DNA from: Nemertoderma westbladi
Taxonomy: Eukaryota; Animalia; Xenacoelomorpha
NCBI GenBank assembly: GCA_032718475.1
Contig: JAUCBJ010008875.1
Span: 1-55,777, forward strand
Reading direction: 5' to 3'
Length of the DNA stretch: 55,777 nt
Shown one piece after another: positions 27,291-38,020 of this stretch. The translations under genes and the position numbers were made by a program. Numbering within the stretch: position 1 is the first letter of the stretch; each line of letters begins with the position of its first letter. The notes below the pieces were generated by a model. That model saw nothing but the letters and a program-made list of their open reading frames with translations. It did no database searches and was not told the origin of the DNA.

Positions 27291-27831
27291 GGTCAAAAGT
27301 TTAACAGATTTATTTGCGATTGACGCTACTGTTAGAGGGACATCACGCTACTATATGTATTATTTGTTATAAGGTAGAAGAGCAATATCGCACGAAGCAA
27401 TGTCAGTGTGAAGAGGCAAGTCGTTTCCAAGGTCTACCCAGAGCTTGGTTTAGCCGAGACACGAGGATCTGAACTTTGCATTCCTAATACTCTGCCTACC
27501 AATAATACTTAAATATAGTAGGAGCTTTATTGTACTTTAATAAGTACTGACATGTCATCTTACTATAGTCTCGCATTTATAATATAATACGGACAGTAAG
27601 GAAAGAGAAAAATAATTATTTCTTGCCGTCGCACTAAATATATTATAAGTAATCAAGTACGTAATAAACACTAATATATTGCACTAATTTACTAAATAAT
27701 CGCTAAAATAACATTCTACTAAATAAAATTAAAGAAAACGATTATAATAAAATTACGTAATAATACATACATAAATATAAAATAAAAAACAAATATAAAA
27801 TGATATAGTCACACACCCACTCCATATGTTA

Positions 27832-30800
27832 TTATGTTATGGAGTCCCTAGATATTTGTCGGATTAGGGAAGTGGTCGTAGGAAGAGTATCTTGCCTTCC
27901 ATAGTTTCCGGACAGTTTTTGGTCTCTTTCCAGTAAACATAAACGACCAGCTGGGTGATTGGGTTGTCGTGTTACTTTCTCCGCTCCCTTGGCCTGTCTA
28001 ATCTCAGCCGGGTTAAGGTGGGGAGGCCATTCATCTTCTTCTTTACTTAAGGAGTCGGGTCCACCTAACCAGCCGGGAGTATCTATCCGTTCTTGAGGAG
28101 TCGCTCCTCTGGAAGCGATGTCGGCTAGATTAATCATCTCGGGGCGATGTCTCCATTGATCTTCATTGGAGTTAATATCGTCATTATCTGAGGAGTATGG
28201 TGTTCCCTCAGTTAGTTCGTCCACTTCACTGCTCTCCACTTCCAAACCATTTATCTGGTATAGTCTTTCTGATGGTAGTCTCTCTTCGAGAGTTCTGCGG
28301 GAAGGACCAGTAAAGTACCAACCTACTCTAGTTCTTACCGCATAGGTTTGTAGTGGCTGCGGTTGAGCAGGTCGTTTTTCCAATGTCTCGAGCGCCTCGT
28401 GCGCGTTTTGGCCGATAAGTATTTGCACTCCAGGATAATCTGTCTGGAATCGAGGTATCTTAAGATGTTGGATGCTCTCATCCTCGTCCCAATTATAAAG
28501 GTCTGCTTGGGTAGTAGCGAAGTTCTTTATAGCCACCATCTTTACTGACCTTATACTTTGTGCTCCTAATTTATCCTGGGGGGTGGACAACGCACCTACA
28601 TAGTAATCTGCCGTTATGGTAGATTTCCAAACCTGCATAATTCCGGACATATTCAACTTAGTTTGGAATTTGGGTTGTCCAGCAAAGATATCTTCGGCTA
28701 GTTCTTGATCGATGAATGTTCCTGTGCTGCCGGAGTCAAGTAGGGCGTTCACTATGTAACTCTTGTTGGGACCATGAACTCGAACTTGCACTACAGGAAA
28801 TTCTCTTATTCCTATGTTGGAAGTTGGAACTTTCCAAGATGGTTGTTTGTCAAAAGGAGTTGGAGTAAACTCGTCAGTGTCCTTTTCATCCGTAAGTGCT
28901 CGATACACTGTGGTATTTATTAGATAACAGGATTCGTTGGCATCGGAGAATTCGTCTGTATAGAATCCTTCCCACTCAGAACCTTGGTCAGTGTCGTTCA
29001 CATCACTGAATTGGACATGTAGTTCGGGCTCACTTACCTGACTCGGGTTGTCTCGTTCGAACTCACTGTGTAACAAGATGTGATGTTTCGCGCCACACTT
29101 TGCACACTTTACGTCGGAGTAACAGGTTCGCCGTTGGTGTCCTGATCTGAGGCAATTATAGCATAGCCGCTTATTCCACAGGACTGTACGTCTGTCTACA
29201 GGGGATTTCTTTAGAAATTCAGCACACGCACTCAAACGGTGGGGCCCGTCGCACAGCGCACATTTTGGTTTGATGTTACTCACCTTAACTTGGTTAACGT
29301 TCTGCACTCTTGTTCTTTCTTCGGGCTTTCTTCCGTGAATTCTCTTAGGAGACGTAGGAGGAGTTGTTGTTACCTGTTCTCTCCTGTCACTGGTTCGAGA
29401 CTTGTATTTACTTACGTCTTTATAGGTCTTGTTGTCATAGTAAGATTTTGCTGTGTCTTTCCCGCTGTCCTCTTCTTGAGAAGCTTGGCTTTCGCCGTCG
29501 TCAGTATAACACACTGGTATTATCCTTCTCCTAGAATCGGGTTTCTCACTTACCTTATTTTCCGATGTTTTCTCTCTGGCCTGCCTTATGAGTTGTAATT
29601 TTACTTCACTATCTAAGAAAGACATGAGATCAGCCATGGTAGGACTTCGTCGTTGTTGTTCATTCATGTACAACACTTTCTTATCCCAGCGTGTACATAC
29701 TCCACCCTTTGGTAAAGTAGAGACTACGGCTCCAATAACCATGGAACTCTGATATTCATGCGACTTACCTAACCAGTCCAGTTGTCTACAGATCTCTTGA
29801 ATTTCATCGGAAAACTCTATAATCTCGCTACTAAGGAAGTGTCGGGGGGCTACTAATTTTGCATACAAATACTTAGCTATGTTATCCTTGTTACCATACC
29901 TGATGTTTAGTGTATCCCAAACTTGTCTCAATCCATCTGGATGTCCAATAAACTTTAACGCCATTAACTTGGGAGGTCCTTCCAAGCACTTGATGAGGAA
30001 TCTAAGTTTCTCTCCGTTAGATAGTACAGAGTTCTGTATGCTATCTTTGTAATATTCGTTGAAAGGTAACCATTTCATCTCATCTCCATTGAATTTGACG
30101 ATCTCTCCAACTTTGACCGCTTGGCGGGCTTCTGTTCTAGCCATCTGACGCGTAAAGCTTTCTTGGACCATCGTGTTATTTAATATCGAATTATCGGTAT
30201 ATAAATTTCTCGGATCATTATCAGGTCTATAGGGAATATCATTAATAACAGGTCTATAATCACCTTTAATATGGTTTGTTATAGGAGTTTCAACTTCACT
30301 AGCAGTATAGATGCGTGTAGGCTCCACACCTTGCGCATGTAATACTTCAGACCTAACGGGTTGACACAATGTTACAGGGGGCATTGGTATGCCTTTTTGT
30401 ATATTGACTAATTTGTCGCGTTCTAGCGCGATACTTTGCTGCACTTCTTGCAACTCTGCTCTACCTTCCCTCACTGTTCCCTTAAGTTGGTGGACAGTCT
30501 CCTGCATCTGTCCTAGCAGGAGATTCATCCCCCGCCGTCCCTCTTCCACCCACTCAACCGCCGAAGCGGGAGTCGCCAACATAGTAGCGGGCTGACGCGG
30601 GACGACGGGAGACAAATTATGGATTTCTCTCTCTGCTATCTGGACAGGGGTATTTGCATGGACTGTTCCACCGGGTACAGGCAGTGTAGTGCTATGTAAA
30701 GGGAATTTAGAGTTAAGCTCTGGAAGTGTAGGGGTCTCTAGCACAGAAGTGACTTTGGGAACTACAGGCCTAATTATTTCAGGTTCATCGACTATAGTAG

Positions 30801-32079
30801 GGAGTCTTTTGACCTGGATAAATTGTTCTATGGGTTCTGCACTACCTAAATCTGTGCTAGTTAGCTGTCTTTTAACAGCGGGGGGCAAATCAGGCAGTTT
30901 ATGACGGTGAGATGTTTTTCTACGCCTGCTTAGACGAGATCTATTTCCTCCGCCTTCAGGATCTGTGGTCTCGCCTTCCTCCGATGATGTGTATCCTTGG
31001 CGCTTGGGAGTAGATCGACTCATCATCTGCATTTGATTAGCAGTAAACTGTTTATTTATACTGTCTTGCGTCTCTTGCAGATTTTCCAACTCCAATTGGA
31101 TAGTCTGCTCAGAGGCTCTCCGTTCTGCTTCGGCCACTGCCCTTTCCGCCTTTGCTTCTGCCGCCGCTGCCTTTCCTTTTGCTTCTGCTTCTGCCGCTGC
31201 TGCCCTTCCTTTTGCTTCTGCTTCTGCCGCTGCTGCCCTTGCTGCTATTCTTTCTGCTTCTACTTCTGCCATAGCCGCCGCCTTTGCTGCTTTTCTTTCT
31301 GCTTCTGCATCTGCCATAGCCACCGCCTTTTGTTCCTCTATCCTTCTTTTCTTTATTTGTTCTTCTCGGACTCTAATGAGGCGGAGTTTTTCATCACATT
31401 CAGCTTGGTTTGCAGCTAACATTTCGGCATCGATTGCGTCCAACACAAGCTTGGTTCCTTCACTATTAGGGGAAAGTCCAGACAGCCGTCTCCTCAACTC
31501 TTCGTCTCCTAGGAATCGCTGATAGTCGGACAAATAAATGTCGATAGCGTCTCTAGTTCGCGGCTTCTCTGCTGATGTTAATTCGCTTTCCACTTCGCTT
31601 TCCACCTCGCTTTCCACTTCGCTTTCCACCTCACTTTTCACTTCGCTTTCCACCTCACTTTCCACTTGAGAAGAAGTGGCGTCGGTTGATTCCCCACAGG
31701 CTGGCCGCCCATCATAAACCGTATCCGCCATCTTCGCTCCGCGTTCTGGCGTCCGCTCAACAGTATCCGAACTACTGGAGCTATCGGACCGCTGAGGACC
31801 CGGTTCTTGGCTAGGAGGTTGCTGCTGTTTTATAGCTTCTTCTTGATCCCGCTTGACTTGGGCCCGAGTGCCTATGGCAGACCAACGGCGCTTCACTAAC
31901 TTCGCAAATTGCGAAATCTTTTCTACCAACCTAGGTTCTGACACAACCACTGCAGGGGTTGCCCTTCTTACAGTATGAGGGGTTTCAGACCTCGGTCTGG
32001 GATTCTCTACACTTTGATCTGAGAAACAGGCTGTTGTTTCTAGGAGACTATCTGACAGAGTTTGCCTTGTGTCAGCCAT
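27832..32079 (-). CDS. gag: BEL/Pao Gag-protease polyprotein (1415 aa) lacking RT, RNase H and integrase cores
   Basis: KFNGD...EKLRFLIKCLEGP (DUF1759-like), three knuckles (CALCDGPHRLSAC, CYNCLRSGHQRRTC, CAKCGAKHHILLH), aspartic protease ALLDSGS, and AVRTRVGW. Confidence 0.93.
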   Translation of the reverse strand: MADTRQTLSDSLLETTACFSDQSVENPRPRSETPHTVRRATPAVVVSEPRLVEKISQFAKLVKRRWSAIGTRAQVKRDQEEAIKQQQPPSQEPGPQRSDSSSSSDTVERTPERGAKMADTVYDGRPACGESTDATSSQVESEVESEVKSEVESEVESEVESEVESELTSAEKPRTRDAIDIYLSDYQRFLGDEELRRRLSGLSPNSEGTKLVLDAIDAEMLAANQAECDEKLRLIRVREEQIKKRRIEEQKAVAMADAEAERKAAKAAAMAEVEAERIAARAAAAEAEAKGRAAAAEAEAKGKAAAAEAKAERAVAEAERRASEQTIQLELENLQETQDSINKQFTANQMQMMSRSTPKRQGYTSSEEGETTDPEGGGNRSRLSRRRKTSHRHKLPDLPPAVKRQLTSTDLGSAEPIEQFIQVKRLPTIVDEPEIIRPVVPKVTSVLETPTLPELNSKFPLHSTTLPVPGGTVHANTPVQIAEREIHNLSPVVPRQPATMLATPASAVEWVEEGRRGMNLLLGQMQETVHQLKGTVREGRAELQEVQQSIALERDKLVNIQKGIPMPPVTLCQPVRSEVLHAQGVEPTRIYTASEVETPITNHIKGDYRPVINDIPYRPDNDPRNLYTDNSILNNTMVQESFTRQMARTEARQAVKVGEIVKFNGDEMKWLPFNEYYKDSIQNSVLSNGEKLRFLIKCLEGPPKLMALKFIGHPDGLRQVWDTLNIRYGNKDNIAKYLYAKLVAPRHFLSSEIIEFSDEIQEICRQLDWLGKSHEYQSSMVIGAVVSTLPKGGVCTRWDKKVLYMNEQQRRSPTMADLMSFLDSEVKLQLIRQAREKTSENKVSEKPDSRRRIIPVCYTDDGESQASQEEDSGKDTAKSYYDNKTYKDVSKYKSRTSDRREQVTTTPPTSPKRIHGRKPEERTRVQNVNQVKVSNIKPKCALCDGPHRLSACAEFLKKSPVDRRTVLWNKRLCYNCLRSGHQRRTCYSDVKCAKCGAKHHILLHSEFERDNPSQVSEPELHVQFSDVNDTDQGSEWEGFYTDEFSDANESCYLINTTVYRALTDEKDTDEFTPTPFDKQPSWKVPTSNIGIREFPVVQVRVHGPNKSYIVNALLDSGSTGTFIDQELAEDIFAGQPKFQTKLNMSGIMQVWKSTITADYYVGALSTPQDKLGAQSIRSVKMVAIKNFATTQADLYNWDEDESIQHLKIPRFQTDYPGVQILIGQNAHEALETLEKRPAQPQPLQTYAVRTRVGWYFTGPSRRTLEERLPSERLYQINGLEVESSEVDELTEGTPYSSDNDDINSNEDQWRHRPEMINLADIASRGATPQERIDTPGWLGGPDSLSKEEDEWPPHLNPAEIRQAKGAEKVTRQPNHPAGRLCLLERDQKLSGNYGRQDTLPTTTSLIRQISRDSIT

Positions 32080-33429
32080 GTTTGATTGTACAGTTGAATG
32101 CCTACTGCTATATTACAGTTAAAGCAAGTCTAGCAATTCAGTATCACTGTTAGCCTAGTAATTAATTACCGATACTGCTACTCAGTGTAGCGTGATATAT
32201 ATATAATATATTAGAATACCGGTATGCTTATAATATATATATAAGTATTATTACAGACTAGATTTGTCACAGAGTACCGGTATATAATTTTAGCACAAAT
32301 ATATATAAATATATAATAGGCCTATCGTGAATACCGGTATACAGCCCACACTTACAGTATATAAGTATAATTCTGGACTATAATTAATTACAGAGTACCG
32401 GTATGATTTCAGCACAAATTTATAGAAATAAATATAATAAGCCTATGGTAAATACCGGTATGTCAATTATTTTAGAATAATTGAATTTCTGAATATCTTA
32501 GGGTTACTTAGTTACTTTAACTTACTTTATTACCGTTATTTAAGCAGTAGTCCAACTGATATTGAGACCTAGTTGTTGTATGGCAGGCCTACTATTTATA
32601 AATCGTTCGAGTTGATTTATAATATGTATATACCCGTTTAAATGGGTTTTTGTCAATATTTGAAATAAATGTTATTATTTCTGGGGGGTCACTACACAGA
32701 AGCTGTGCGCTCTCAGTGAAGTGCTATTTATTTGACACTAAAACTGATAATTCTAATTTACCTAAGTTACTTAATACTACAAATTACTTACGATACGGGT
32801 GAGATTAATTCTCTAATTAAACACAACAAAAATATTACGTACGAATTTTTAGGGTAATTTTACAGGAAGTCTACAAACCAGTCTAACAAAGGGTTAGAAT
32901 TCGGTTTATTACAAAGGACAGGGTACTAGGGTATTTAAATAATAAGTAGTAGTAAATATATTGTACTGTCCAGATAGGAAAATACCACCGCCTGACGACC
33001 TATAACCGTATCGCTATAGGTACTACGTTATGTATCACGGATTGTTCCTACCCAGAAGCTAATAGAGCTAACGAATGTGCCTATCAACCACTTTACAACA
33101 CAAATATACTGCCTACACTAATTACTTCGGATAGCACTGTACACTAAACCCTAAATTAGGTACAAGTACCGGTATAACAAATAATCAGTAGTTAAATATA
33201 CTTGAACAGTTAAAAGAACCACGGCATCTGCTGGAGTGACCGAAGCACAAAGTCGTCAGTCTTTACCTACGCCAAGCAGCCCTGATGTAGTACCGGAGTT
33301 AATTTAACTATAACGGTATGTATAACAAGCACAATTACTGTAGGAATAAACTTGGGGACATGAATGTTGCGAATAATCGCATAAACTCTGAATAATAAAT
33401 ATTACGCTACCCGTACAGAATACTCAAAC

Positions 33430-33960
33430 AAATACAAACCAAAACGCTGGCAGACTACTATTAAGCCTAAACAAACTACAGTATGTGCAGATTCTGAAAC
33501 TGTTAGTTAGTATGCGTTCTAACACGGTAGTACGACTTACTCTTTAAGAGGGGATTGACCTTACCGCTTATGGCTGCCCCAACTTACTAACGGCACTTGA
33601 TCAGACCAACTCTACACACGCAGCAATCCCTTCAGACCTAAAAATAGCTAGACAACAATCCAGCCTACAAATATTTGAGTAATAACTATTACGGTACCTG
33701 AACAGACCACACAAACAAACACAGGCCAAAACGCTGGCAGACTACGATCAAGCCTAAATAAACTACAGTATATGCAGATTCTGAAACTGTTAGTTAGTAT
33801 GCGTTCTAACACGGTAGTACGACTTATTCTTTAAGAGGGGATTGACCTTCAGCATATGGCTGCCCCAACTTACTAACGGCACTTGATCAGACAAACTCTA
33901 CACACGCCGTAATCTCTCCAAACTCAACAACAGTCAGACAGCAGCTCAGCCTACAATTAT
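33430..33960. repeat. Tandem duplication of about 287 bp in the element C leader
   Basis: aaaacgctggcagactac... starts at 33441 and again at 33728. Confidence 0.9.
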
Positions 33961-34011
33961 CTGAACAATCTGAGCAGGGTCACACGCCTTCTGCTCAATA
34001 TTAGCCTACTA

Positions 34012-36449
34012 CAGTCCAGCTCACCAACAGAGTGCCATCGGATCCGATCTGAACCGATCGGATCCAACAGCTTCAAACACTTTCAGACAAACTCCAACAG
34101 TCCAACAACTTCAAACAGATTCAGACAGTTTCAAACAGATTCAGACAGTTTCAAACAGAATCAGACAACTTCCAACAACCTGTCAATCACTCCACCCACA
34201 CTCAACCGCAACCCCAACTCAACTCCCATCTTCTTGCGCGCAGATAGAATGAAAGTGTTTGAAACTACTAAAGGAACTCCATTCATAAAGCCACAATAAC
34301 GACAGAGTGGACTGGCCACTGGCGGCGCCCTTGAACATTCACACTGTAACTTAAGCCGACCTGAAGGAACAGCCCATTAGTGAGCTCGGTATTTCTCTTT
34401 ATTCCTGCCGCTATCTTTGAATAACACAATAGCAGAAACCTAACCAGTGGTCTACCCCCAATACAAGAAAGACAAGTTGGCTACCATTGAAATGAATGGG
34501 GAATGGAATTTTGTGTTCACATACTAATGTTGCTTTGGGTTGGTCTAGAGCCATACAATAGAGCTTTACGGAAATACACTTCCAAAGAGCCAAGCAGTGG
34601 CGGTATAGGTCCAAAATGCCCATGTAGAATTTCTTCGAATAAGGCTCAATTTCTTTAAGTTACATTAATTAAAATACTGATAAATATATTTTGCTTTTCG
34701 CAGGAGGGACAGTATCCCACTCTACAGTTAATATAGTGTACGTACATGTGTTAGTTATATCGTTGCGTTTATTTATATTTATACAGGTTTGGATATGATC
34801 TCTACTAGTTTGATTTTTGTTTTGTCAATAATTAATTGTGCGGTTAATTTGTCAATCACAGCCTTAATTGGCTACATTGCTTATTGTATGAATGAATATA
34901 ATTAGTTATTAAGACATTATTTTAATTAGTATCTGGTGTGATTAGGTCTACCTTTTACATAACAATAGTACGTCAATGGCGGATATACTACTACTAAGTC
35001 GAGCGAACTCGGACAGTGGAAATGAGATCCTTCCAGGCTTCCCGATTCTCCATAGTTGTCGCAATTTCGTTTCTCCCAAGTTCAGAGATGGCGGATATAC
35101 ATTACATCATAATATGGCATGGCAGTCACGTGAAAACAAGGGCCTTCACATTCCCAATTCTCTATCTAATCTATTATGGTTGTGCGTAATGCTCAATACT
35201 ACTTTATGATATTAATTCATTCACGTTTAACATTAACAGCCACGTTTCATCAACCCCCCCCCCCCCCCCCCTTCCCTTCCAATGTGACAAACTATCACGA
35301 TATGTTGGCGTTGGGCCCCGTCCCTACGTCCACCCTCCCTTGTGAAGGGCTAGGGGGGACTTTCGACCCATCATTACTAAAGGGTAGTGATAACATTCAA
35401 AATAAGTTTTCCCATGTATACGTAATTTTATTCTTAAATAGGTACTTGTTTGTTCCTAAATTCTGCCTAAATGCTGCCTTACTCAATGTTAAATAATTTA
35501 TTGTTCTCGAATATTTATTTCGTAACTAGGGAACCGCTTAACTACAAACCAATATTGGATATGGAGTTCCGTTTCGAAGTTCGCCTTGCAGAGACTAAAG
35601 TTGCAATAACTTTTGAGTGTGTGAATGTAATTTACTCAAATAGGGTAGGTGCGCGAAAAAATAGTTGGGCTAGAAGTATTACGTGCAAACCTTTTCTATT
35701 TCGATGCTCTTTCAATACAACTAATAAAATTAACCAAAAATATTTTTTTCACTCATTGTAATTATATTTACTGTTTGCTTAATCTGTTTGTGTTTATATC
35801 TGTTTATGTGCAGTATTTAGTGCCCTATGTCAAAGAAACTAATATTTATAGCATTATTTACATTTCTAATTAAATTAAGGAATTAAAAACGTGTTAGGTG
35901 TTATTATATTCATTTATCGGAATTTATATTATAGGAATTTATTATTCGTTTATGCATTCTAGTTAATTAATTGATATAATTAACGACATAATTATGTAAA
36001 TAAAAATTATTAAATGAAACAAATCTTTGTTTCGGTTTATAATTGACAATAGCACACCCTCACAATCACTTCAAATTGAGAGTTAAAGTGATTGACATTT
36101 TGTTAATGAACTACGCTTTTGTAAGGCATTGGCAAATTCCAACAAATTCCGGTGGCGTCAAACATCTTCAGACAACTTCAAACAGTTTCAGACAATTTCA
36201 AACAGCTTCAGACAACTTCAAACAACTTCAGATAGCTTCCAACAACATCCAACAGAAATTTCAAACACTTTCAGACGGATTTCAGACAGATTCAGATGGG
36301 CTCCAACAGACTAAACTTGTTGGAAATATTTTCTCCAACAGAATCAAACAGTACTAAATCTCCGTAGGTTAGCATTGTGCTTGTTTGAAGCTGTCGGAGT
36401 GTGTTGGATCCGATCGGATCCGATGGCACTCTGTTGGTGAGCTGGACTG
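34012..36449. mobile_element. Non-autonomous Tc1/mariner-like TIR element nested in the element C leader
   Basis: TIRs CAGTCCAGCTCACCAACAGAGTGCCATCGGATCCGATC flanked by TA on both sides. Subterminal ttca(a/g)aca arrays with a 10-bp period at 34070-34180 and 36160-36350. Confidence 0.8.
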
Positions 36450-36780
36450 TAGTAAATAAAACCGACAGAAATAAGTAGAATCTCAATAAAAATTCAGGGC
36501 TGCAGTCCCTGATTAAGTACTAAGACCTACCAGTATACAATAATCAAATTGAATAATACTAAATGTACTTGTACAGCAGTACCGGTACCGGTGATGACAG
36601 TTAGGCCTACTGACCTACAAAGTACCGGTTCAGTTTTACCAGTCACTACGGTATTTTGCAACCTTATTGCCTACTGCAATAAGATTATAACTGTTACTGT
36701 TCGACAGAACAGTATTAAACTGTATTTAATGCCTACACTTGCAACCTTATTGCCTACTGCAATAAGATAATAACTGTTAC

Positions 36781-38015
36781 TGTTCGCGCTTTTGAAGACC
36801 TTTAGCAGTTTAACCTGCCAAAATTTATATGTCTTTTAGTTAATTAACACACCTTTAGCATACGACAATATTTTATGCTAATACGCAAAACATTAGCCGA
36901 AGCCAGCCCATGCGCGATCATTCACCCGATGGATCTACACCCGGGAGGCTGAATTCGGATGCTTAGATTTTATTATTGCAGTGTAAGGTTGCAGTGTAAA
37001 CCTATTGTATTATTCGATAGATCACTAATATGTAATTTCTGACAGATATTATTAACTTTCGGGAAATATTAACAGTTCCTTTAGGACGTGGCGCTCTATC
37101 TATTTAAACAGAGCTAGGACTTATACTAAACGCAACGATAAGGCTTATGATTAAAGTATAAGTCGCATTCTTTAGGAAATGCTTTGTTACCAGTCACATC
37201 ACACTCACAATCATGCACACTATTCTGCCGACCGTCAGTATATTTGATCACACATAAAGAGAACAGCAATTGACTCAGGTAGTGTCTACTAAATAACATT
37301 AGATTCAATACACACCACATTGATATAAATCGCAATTGTTATGTATAGCCGGTCTCTCTAACCTGTAGTGTATCAAGAAAATTGGGAATTTGGGTGATTT
37401 ATCCGTATTATCCAAAGAGCAATATTTCCATCAACAAATAGGTACAATTAATAACTGACGGTAAATAGCAGTACAAACAATATGATTAGTGCAGTTAAAT
37501 TAAGTGAGGTAACACCGCCGCCGGTAACAGTTATACTTTCTATAATCTAAGCAGTTTACTAGAGTTCTTACCAAAAAGCCGGTGTTTCTGGCTTAGACAG
37601 CAATAACAACAAAGTATCAAGTAAGGCAGTAAGACTGAACACTCTCCTTATGATCGGCTGAAAAGCTACACGTCGACAGGAAAAATCGCTCTGATTGGCT
37701 CAAGCCAAACAAAGAACCATACATCCAATGGCTGTTTCCATGTCAGCAACCAGCTGTTAGATGTCGTAATATGAATCATCACGGCTAAGCTGTGAAAGGT
37801 AGTTGGTGCATTACAAGTTTTTTGCCTTACCATGTCCGCCAAAACACGTATATAGCAGAATGATTTTTATGTCCGTTAAAACACCTGTAAAGGTACCTTG
37901 CGGGCGAGGGGAATATATATACAGTTAGAGAACCTTTTTAGAGTATTCCAGCGCCTGGGGGGAAACTGGATTGCGAAGCAAAAGGGGCCAGTTATATCCC
38001 ACAGAAGCTTTTACA
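36781..38015 (-). repeat. 5' LTR of element C
   Basis: 1235 bp, TGT...ACA, followed by the TSD CAAAC. Confidence 0.97.
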
Positions 38016-38020
38016 CAAAC

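Larger units (their letters stand above)
23600..38015 (-). mobile_element. Young non-autonomous BEL/Pao LTR element C (14,416 bp)
   Basis: Two 1235-bp TGT...ACA LTRs, a 5-bp TSD CAAAC (23595-23599 and 38016-38020), and a gag-protease ORF on the minus strand. Confidence 0.97.

Noticed and set aside
30997-31814. Cys/Phe-rich and Pro/Arg-rich plus-strand ORFs
   Set aside because: Antisense shadows of the Gag repeats.
37971-38015. Start of the 529-aa ORF as the real gene start
   Set aside because: These codons are LTR sequence. The gene continues from 23599.
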